A stretch of DNA of 4,267 nucleotides from a virus (taxonomy: Duplodnaviria; Heunggongvirae; Uroviricota; Caudoviricetes), in IMG/VR virus record IMGVR_UViG_2693429584_000019; one strand, given 5' to 3'. The notes under the pieces are model-generated. The model did not search any database. It was not told where the DNA came from and saw only the letters and a list, made by a program, of their open reading frames with translations. Both the position numbers and the translations under genes were made by a program. Of this stretch, positions 1-4,267 are shown piece by piece (the first letter of the stretch is position 1; every line of letters starts with the position of its first letter).

Positions 1-177
1 CTCCTCCGGCAGAAGCAGAAAAAGCTTATTATGCTTCCATCGGAAACGATGATCTGGCAGCCTGAGTTCACAGATAAAATACTCTCCAGGAAACCCGGGG
101 CGGTTCAAAGCAACTTGCAGCCTCTGTTTTGGCACAATCAAACAAAGGGCGTAAGTGACAAATTACAGGGAGAGTAA
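1..177 (+). CDS. 3' end of an unidentified gene entering from the left edge (58 sense codons, stop TAA 175-177), convergent with the integrase; first visible cargo gene of the asnT-linked element
   Basis: Frame 1 on the plus strand is the only frame open from position 1 to the TAA at 175-177. The stop sits in the loop of a terminator-like hairpin (166-187) followed by a T-run. Too short to assign a product. Confidence 0.3.
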   Translation, partial: LLRQKQKKLIMLPSETMIWQPEFTDKILSRKPGAVQSNLQPLFWHNQTKGVSDKLQGE

Positions 178-199
178 AACCTCCCTGCGTTTTTTATTT
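166..199 (+). terminator. Rho-independent terminator candidate, possibly bidirectional between the convergent left-edge ORF and the integrase
   Basis: Perfect 7-bp stem CAGGGAG (166-172) / CTCCCTG (181-187) with 8-nt loop, followed by CGTTTTTTATTT (188-199). On the minus strand the hairpin is followed by TAATTTGT, a weaker U-tract. Confidence 0.55.
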
Positions 200-228
200 A
201 CTACGATTGTCTGCTTGCTGGAAGGCGA

Positions 229-1503
229 TTATTGTTTCTGAGCAAACTCAAACGGCCTGACCATCCCATCCCGGTTTGCATCAAGATAATCTGCCCACCA
301 CTGTAGCATCAACCTTCGCTGCTCAAGATGTTTGGCCTTATGGGTATAGGCAGCACGAACGCTGTTGCTTTCCTTGTGGCTCATTTGAAGTTCTACCGCA
401 TCTTCAGACCATAGCCCTGATTCAATCAGAGCACTACATGCCAGCGTGCGGAAACCATGACCGCAGATGTCCTGCGTGGTGTCATAGCCCATCTTACGTA
501 GCGCTTTATTGATGGTGTTTTCACTCATGGGCTTGAACGAGTCATAACAGCCCGTAAAAATTAACCCCGCCTCATTACCTTCTTCATAGGTAAGCTGGCG
601 GATCTCTTTCAGTATTTTAAGAGCCTGCCTGCAGAGGGGAACGAAGTGCTGGCGTTTCATTTTTGCGCCACGCGTGGAATATTTGACGCGCTCAATCGCT
701 TCACGCTTTTCTGGTATTACCCATAACTTACTGTTGAAGTCGATTTCTGACCATCGTGCATAGCGGAGTTCACTGGAACGAATGAAAATCAACAGATTGA
801 GTTTAATCGCCAGTGTAGTTAGTCCACGACCTTTGTAGGCATCAATACGTTCAAGCAGTAGCGGGATCTCTTCCAGCTCCAGTGCAGGGCGGTGTTCCGT
901 CTCTGGTTTCTGGACAGCGCCTTCCATATCATAGGCCGGATTATGACGCATAAGCTTTTGCTGGACGGCATGACGTAGGATCGCGGTGATGTATTGCTTA
1001 ATCCGCATGGCAATTTCAAGGTAGCCGAGTGTTTCTGCATTTTTAATCGGAACAAGCAGATCACCCGTATCCAGATCTGAAACGTTGCTGTCGCCAATAT
1101 CCGGGAATACATAGGTCTCAAGGCGCTTCCATACCGTATCGGCGTAATCTTCTGACCATTTTGTTTTGGTGGCAAACCAGCTTCTGGCGACGACACGGAA
1201 CGAACGGGTTTTATCCCGCTTTTCCTGCAGCGCTTTTTCATCAGCCAGTTTTTTAGCGTTAGGATCGACTCCCTGAGCAAGCAGCTTTTTTGCTTCATCA
1301 CGTCGTTGTCTGGCATCAGCAAGAGAAACCGCAGGGTAAACACCAATGGAAAACACTTTCTGTTTACCATCGAAGCGATAGCCTAACTGCCAGTATTTTG
1401 AACCATTGGGATGCACAAGAAGGTAGAGACCAAATCCATCAGTGAGCTTGACGGCTTTTTCCGCTGGTCTGGCATTTTTTACTTTAGTATCAGTAAGTGA
1501 CAT
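229..1503 (-). CDS. P4-family (IntA-like) tyrosine integrase, 424 aa, apparently intact
   Basis: Supplied ORF 229-1569 trimmed to the ATG at 1503-1501 (MSLTDTKVKN...), preceded by GGAGGG 7 nt upstream. The product has the P4-family N-terminal region (GLYLLV..., PAVSLADAR) and the C-terminal catalytic region (HGFRT..., NSVRAAYTH...EQRR.M.QWW.DY) from memory of P4 Int. It lies about 180 bp from the 3' end of tRNA-Asn in the same orientation, the usual P4-type arrangement. Confidence 0.9.
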   Translation of the reverse strand: MSLTDTKVKNARPAEKAVKLTDGFGLYLLVHPNGSKYWQLGYRFDGKQKVFSIGVYPAVSLADARQRRDEAKKLLAQGVDPNAKKLADEKALQEKRDKTRSFRVVARSWFATKTKWSEDYADTVWKRLETYVFPDIGDSNVSDLDTGDLLVPIKNAETLGYLEIAMRIKQYITAILRHAVQQKLMRHNPAYDMEGAVQKPETEHRPALELEEIPLLLERIDAYKGRGLTTLAIKLNLLIFIRSSELRYARWSEIDFNSKLWVIPEKREAIERVKYSTRGAKMKRQHFVPLCRQALKILKEIRQLTYEEGNEAGLIFTGCYDSFKPMSENTINKALRKMGYDTTQDICGHGFRTLACSALIESGLWSEDAVELQMSHKESNSVRAAYTHKAKHLEQRRLMLQWWADYLDANRDGMVRPFEFAQKQ

Positions 1504-1520
1504 GACGGTTCCCTCCGCGT

Positions 1521-1567
1521 GCTGGTAAAACGCAAATCGAACCAGCTTTACCAGCATTTTTACCAGC
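1521..1567. repeat. Cluster of GCTGGTAAA / TTTACCAGC repeats between the integrase start and asnT; candidate Int arm-type or autoregulatory binding sites
   Basis: Plus strand: GCTGGTAAAA (1521-1530), ACCAGC (1541-1546), TTTACCAGC (1547-1555), TTTTACCAGC (1558-1567). These give one inverted pair (1521-1530 vs 1558-1567) and three direct copies of the ACCAGC core about 10-12 bp apart. Confidence 0.6.
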
Positions 1568-1644
1568 AAAGTAGTGTGGGTTCGAGCGATTTTTAACGAA
1601 CGAGGGTGAACCTGAAGAAGGGAGTAACCAGTTGATATAAATGC

Positions 1645-1671
1645 AGAAAGCAGACGTCAGTGAACGTCTGC
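1645..1671 (-). terminator. Hairpin immediately 3' of tRNA-Asn, possible tRNA terminator
   Basis: Perfect 8-bp inverted repeat GCAGACGT (1650-1657) / ACGTCTGC (1664-1671) with 6-nt loop. On the minus strand it is followed by TTTCTGCATTTAT, a U-tract of only moderate quality. Confidence 0.4.
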
Positions 1672-1682
1672 TTCCCTTAAAT

Positions 1683-1758
1683 TGGCTCCTCTGACTGGAC
1701 TCGAACCAGTGACATACGGATTAACAGTCCGCCGTTCTACCGACTGAACTACAGAGGA
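1683..1758 (-). tRNA. asnT: tRNA-Asn (anticodon GUU), 76 nt with encoded CCA
   Basis: Minus-strand sequence TCCTCTGTAGTTCAGTCGGTAGAACGGCGGACTGTTAATCCGTATGTCACTGGTTCGAGTCCAGTCAGAGGAGCCA folds as a cloverleaf (7-bp acceptor stem, T-loop TTCGAGT, anticodon loop CTGTTAA). It matches E. coli tRNA-Asn as I recall it. The asnT name rests on position next to mtfA, as in K-12 (serU-mtfA-asnT). Confidence 0.93.
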
Positions 1759-1776
1759 ATCGTGTGAACGGGGCGC

Positions 1777-1805
1777 ATATTACTTAGCGGTACCTTGTCT
1801 GTCAA
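1777..1805 (-). promoter_or_regulatory. sigma70 promoter of asnT
   Basis: Minus strand: -35 TTGACA (1805-1800), 17-bp spacer, -10 TAATAT (1782-1777), then a GC-rich discriminator GCGCCCC typical of stringently controlled tRNA promoters. An AT-rich UP-like region lies upstream (1806-1850). The mature tRNA 5' end is about 12 nt past the predicted start. Confidence 0.65.
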
Positions 1806-1858
1806 CACTAAATTTCATAAGTCATTTCAATTGGTTAATTAATCTGCAAAGTTGTTAA

Positions 1859-2656
1859 TTAATGAACATTCGTCGCCGAAAACGAGTCTGTATCATTAGT
1901 GCGATGTAGTCTCTGCAAAGGATCTTGTTGATAAAATTGGCAGAAACGTTGCCACAATGAAGGGAAACGAGGAGCAAAAAGTTCTGGGGCGCTAAAGAAA
2001 TATTCAGAAAGTACGGCAAAACATTCAGCAGGATCACTGGCAGCATAAGCATCAATGCTCGCCGCATTCTCGCCAACCAATTCGATTTCTTCCTGAATGT
2101 TGTTCATTGCAGCATGAAGATCGTGTTCCCAGCCAGCAACCTCACGCAACGGAATAAAGGGAACTCCGCTGGCGCGATCGCCGTTACGGGTGTCCAGCTT
2201 ATGAGCGACTTCATGAATAATCAGGTTAAAACCAGAAGCATCAAAAGAATCTTGTATATCCAACCAGTTCAAAACGATAGGCCCTTGCTGCCAGCTCTGA
2301 CCTGACTGAACAATACGTTGGTTATGCACCAGACCGATATCGTCTTCCCATTCATCATCGACCACAAATGGCGCAGGATAAATTAAGACTTCATGAAAAC
2401 CATCCAGCCATTCCAGTCCTAACTCCAGAACGGGTAGGCAAAATAGAAGTGCTATCCGGCAGCTTCTTAATGAATCCAGTTCAAAGCCCTGTAAAGGAAC
2501 AAGCCGCTTTTGCTGTAAAAAACGTTCGGCAAGAGTGACTAATTTGCTTTGTTCCTGTTCCGTCAGACACGTTAAAAGGGGGATCGATAGTGCTTCCTGC
2601 CAGGGAAGGGCAGTTTGATGTGCTGATTCTTGTACTTTCCAGGGCCACTTAATCAT
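1859..2656 (-). CDS. mtfA: MtfA (Mlc titration factor A; zinc-dependent peptidase with HExxH motif), 265 aa
   Basis: Supplied ORF 1859-2695 trimmed to the ATG at 2656-2654 ([11 protein letters not shown]...), stop TAA at 1861-1859. Contains the HEVAH zinc-binding motif and matches the E. coli MtfA (YeeI) sequence as I recall it. The divergent serU and downstream asnT fit K-12 synteny. Confidence 0.9.
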
Positions 2657-2705
2657 CGTTTTGCTCGCAAACTCGTCACTTGAACAAAATTGCACGGACA
2701 GGGAC

Positions 2706-2714
2706 TGTTAAAAT
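2706..2714 (+). promoter_or_regulatory. Candidate extended -10 element (TGtTAAAAT) for serU
   Basis: TG at 2706-2707 and TAAAAT at 2709-2714, 36 nt upstream of the tRNA 5' end. No good -35 at 16-18 bp spacing (TTGAAC at 2680-2685 is 23 bp away), so the call is weak. The 93-bp mtfA-serU intergenic region must also hold the mtfA promoter. Confidence 0.3.
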
Positions 2715-2749
2715 GCCAAATTTCCTGGCATCATGGCAACCATCTGAAC

Positions 2750-2839
2750 GGAGAGATGCCGGAGCGGCTGAACGGACCGGTCTCGAAAACCGGAGTGGGG
2801 GCAACTCCACCGGGGGTTCAAATCCCCCTCTCTCCGCCA
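2750..2839 (+). tRNA. serU: tRNA-Ser (anticodon CGA), 90 nt class II tRNA with long variable arm and encoded CCA
   Basis: GGAGAGATGCCGGAGCGGCTGAACGGACCGGTCTCGAAAACCGGAGTGGGGGCAACTCCACCGGGGGTTCAAATCCCCCTCTCTCCGCCA. Anticodon stem CCGGT/ACCGG, loop CTCGAAA with anticodon CGA at 2784-2786, T-arm GGGGG-TTCAAAT-CCCCC, 7-bp acceptor stem. Divergent from mtfA as serU is in K-12. Confidence 0.92.
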
Positions 2840-2883
2840 AAATTCAATCACTTATACATCATTAAGTCAGTGACAAAAATCAC

Positions 2884-2931
2884 ACTTGGAATTACTTGGA
2901 ATTACTTGGAATATTTTCTTGGAATATTTTC
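2884..2931. repeat. Tandem direct repeats spanning the stop codon of the lambda-type integrase: ACTTGGAATT x about 3 (2884-2912) overlapping TTGGAATATTTTC x 2 (2906-2931); candidate arm-type Int binding sites of the att region
   Basis: Read directly. The TTGGAAT core occurs four times (2886, 2896, 2906, 2919). The two perfect 13-bp units encode the integrase C-terminus (ENIPRKYSK); the 10-bp units overlap the TAA stop (2904-2902). The array lies 45-92 bp past the serU 3' end. Confidence 0.8.
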
Positions 2932-3927
2932 AGGTAACGGGACATCAAGTGTCGGTGAAACTTTAACCTTCCTGTCATAGATTAGCACTTGCCCCTCGGT
3001 TTTGTGACCAGAGAAAAGTTGCTTATCCCGACTGCTTCCTTCATAGTCTGAAATTCCTTTCGCCTTCAGATCATGAAAGGTGAAGTCGGTTAAAATACCT
3101 GAAATTTTGCCTGCGCGATTTCTTGCTTCTACCCACATTTCGTTAAAGCCTTTGTACATATATCGGTTGCCGTATTGATTACTGATTACATAGGCGGATG
3201 TTGGTAACTGTTTTGCTTTTTCGATCGCCGCCTGTAATCGTGGACTCCATGCTTTTATCTGTTTTTTTCCTGTTTTCCCTTGCTGGATAAAGATTCCGTC
3301 GTTTCCAATCTGCTCCCATTTCAGCGATAACACATCGGAAACCCTCGCTGCACACAGATAGGCAATTTCCATTGCGATAAAAACAGGAAGAGGTGCAACG
3401 CTTAATACTGCCTGGTATTCTTTGTCGGTTACATATCGTTCGCGGTTTTTGGCCTTGAATTTACTTACACCTGCACATGGGTTAGCCTTCACGTACCCTC
3501 GCTCATACCCCCAACTGTAAACGCGGGACATACTGCTTTTTTCATGGTTGGCTTGCGTTTTACTCTGTTCCCCTCTCTTGTCCATGTATCGACGGATGTG
3601 TTCTGGTTTTATGGAATCTGCCGGCACCTTACCGAATACGGCAAGCAACTTTTTTTGATGTTGCAGATAATCTTTTTGTGTTCTTGGACTGAGGTCACTG
3701 TAATAGGCGCTGGCGAGGAATTTTTCCCACAAGCGACCGAATGTCATTGCACGATCGCGATTATTTACAGTTTCCTCATACTTTTTCCATAAAGCAGCTA
3801 AACCATCCTTGATGGCGGTTAGTGTGACAGATTCTCTGGATGTTGGTTTCCATACATAACTATATTTATTTGGGTATACATTTGGAGGTAGTTTTTCGTG
3901 TTCAGGATTTTTCCTTCGTCTTCCCAT
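2902..3927 (-). CDS. int: Lambda-type tyrosine integrase, 341 aa, apparently intact
   Basis: ORF with ATG at 3927-3925 (MGRRRKNPEHEKLPPNVY..., compare lambda Int MGRRRSHERRDLPPNLY). The C-terminal catalytic region has H-x-L-K...GH-K...LIYDR with a candidate catalytic Tyr. The gene is transcribed toward the serU 3' end, the lambda-like int-att arrangement. Confidence 0.9.
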   Translation of the reverse strand: MGRRRKNPEHEKLPPNVYPNKYSYVWKPTSRESVTLTAIKDGLAALWKKYEETVNNRDRAMTFGRLWEKFLASAYYSDLSPRTQKDYLQHQKKLLAVFGKVPADSIKPEHIRRYMDKRGEQSKTQANHEKSSMSRVYSWGYERGYVKANPCAGVSKFKAKNRERYVTDKEYQAVLSVAPLPVFIAMEIAYLCAARVSDVLSLKWEQIGNDGIFIQQGKTGKKQIKAWSPRLQAAIEKAKQLPTSAYVISNQYGNRYMYKGFNEMWVEARNRAGKISGILTDFTFHDLKAKGISDYEGSSRDKQLFSGHKTEGQVLIYDRKVKVSPTLDVPLPENIPRKYSK

Positions 3928-4130
3928 TAGATTGCACCAAAATTCGGCTCTACCTCGCGTGGTGGTAAAGTTTTATTGCAGGTAAATAGATCCCGGCTGA
4001 CAATCGGTTTGCCACTACGATTGGTATAGAACGGAAGCCCGTTTTCCGTTAACCATTTTCGCTGGTGGCTTGCATATTTGCAGCCCGTTAATATTAGCAA
4101 TTCATCTTCGGTTAAAAATAAGTTGCTCAT
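3927..4130 (-). CDS. Small Xis-like protein (putative excisionase / recombination directionality factor, DUF4224-like), 67 aa
   Basis: ATG at 4130-4128. Its stop TAA (3929-3927) overlaps the integrase ATG (3927-3925) by 1 nt (minus strand ...CTAATG...), indicating translational coupling. The size, the position directly upstream of int, and the LTxxELxxLTG...WLxxNGxPF pattern resemble small prophage proteins found upstream of integrases. Family assignment is from memory, not a search. Confidence 0.6.
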   Translation of the reverse strand: MSNLFLTEDELLILTGCKYASHQRKWLTENGLPFYTNRSGKPIVSRDLFTCNKTLPPREVEPNFGAI

Positions 4131-4147
4131 AGCTATATCTCATAACC

Positions 4148-4173
4148 GCCGCTAACTATATACGGTTAGCGGC
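4148..4173. promoter_or_regulatory. Perfect 9-bp inverted repeat GCCGCTAAC-N8-GTTAGCGGC upstream of the xis-like gene; candidate operator
   Basis: GCCGCTAAC (4148-4156) and GTTAGCGGC (4165-4173) are exact reverse complements around an AT-rich 8-bp spacer TATATACG, 18-43 bp upstream of the xis ATG. No U-tract follows on either strand, so an operator is more likely than a terminator. Confidence 0.4.
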
Positions 4174-4267
4174 AATTAGGGTTGAACATTAAAAATCAGC
4201 CTGACTCGGGATCAGTTTTTGCCAGATAACTGAAACGTATTTTGCCTGGTAACGGGCGTCATCAAGT

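Larger units (their letters stand above)
1..1682. mobile_element. Proximal end of an asnT-integrated element with a P4-family integrase (genomic island or P4-like satellite); extends left beyond the window
   Basis: Intact P4-family integrase 180 bp from the tRNA-Asn 3' end in the same orientation, with a repeat cluster between them and a convergent cargo ORF at the left edge. The right boundary is approximate because the att core probably overlaps the tRNA 3' end. Confidence 0.7.
2840..4267. mobile_element. Proximal (int-xis) end of a serU-integrated lambda-type prophage or prophage-like element; extends right beyond the window
   Basis: Lambda-type int transcribed toward the serU 3' end, a coupled xis-like gene upstream, tandem repeats in the tRNA-int interval, and AT-rich composition. 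The left boundary is approximate because the att core probably overlaps the tRNA 3' end. Confidence 0.7.

Noticed and set aside
276-512. 78-aa plus-strand ORF
   Set aside because: Lies entirely antisense within the well-supported integrase coding sequence; low-complexity Cys/His-rich translation with no recognisable start context.
819-1370. 183-aa minus-strand ORF
   Set aside because: An alternative frame nested inside the integrase gene on the same strand; the integrase frame carries the conserved family motifs.
1504-1569. N-terminal 22-codon extension of the integrase ORF (MLVKMLVKLVRFAFYQHAEGTV)
   Set aside because: It is encoded by the ACCAGC repeat cluster, which is why MLVK repeats, and has no ribosome-binding site. 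The internal ATG at 1503 has GGAGGG 7 nt upstream and gives the conserved P4-family N-terminus MSLTD.
1836-1862. Two copies of the palindromic octamer TTAATTAA (1836-1843 and 1855-1862)
   Set aside because: The second copy is just the mtfA TAA stop in AT-rich context, and the region is the AT-rich UP-element zone of the asnT promoter. Chance occurrence is likely in such sequence.
1855-2076. 73-aa minus-strand ORF
   Set aside because: Out-of-frame overlap with the 3' end of mtfA; no independent support.
2114-2305. 63-aa plus-strand ORF
   Set aside because: Antisense within mtfA; no independent support.
2657-2695. N-terminal 13-codon extension of mtfA ([13 protein letters not shown])
   Set aside because: MtfA as I recall it starts MIKWPWK. 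The extension runs into the divergent serU promoter region and has no Shine-Dalgarno sequence.
2884-2931. Tandem repeats as a possible CRISPR array
   Set aside because: Units are only 10-13 bp, directly abutting with no spacers, and there are only 2-3 copies. This fits integrase arm sites or slippage duplications, not CRISPR.
2680-2980. Two plus-strand ORFs (61 aa and 96 aa) spanning 2680-2980
   Set aside because: Both read straight through the tRNA-Ser gene (2750-2839) and the att repeat array; the GC-rich tRNA sequence yields Gly/Pro/Ser-rich pseudo-peptides. The tRNA call is much better supported.
3544-3792. 82-aa plus-strand ORF
   Set aside because: Antisense within the lambda-type integrase gene; hydrophobic low-complexity translation with no start signals.

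Overview
This window looks like an Escherichia/Shigella-type chromosomal tRNA integration hotspot, not a novel system in itself. The core is mtfA (1859-2656, minus) flanked by tRNA-Asn(GUU) (asnT, 1683-1758, minus) and tRNA-Ser(CGA) (serU, 2750-2839, plus). Each tRNA has a different integrase-marked mobile element at its 3' end. Left of asnT sits an intact P4-family tyrosine integrase (229-1503, minus), with the element continuing leftward out of the window. Right of serU sits a lambda-type integrase (2902-3927, minus) translationally coupled to a small Xis-like gene (3927-4130, minus), with the element continuing rightward. Only the integration modules and att-proximal repeats are visible; any cargo, including a possible undescribed system, lies outside the window. 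All calls were made by eye from the sequence and from memory of protein and tRNA families; no database search was run.
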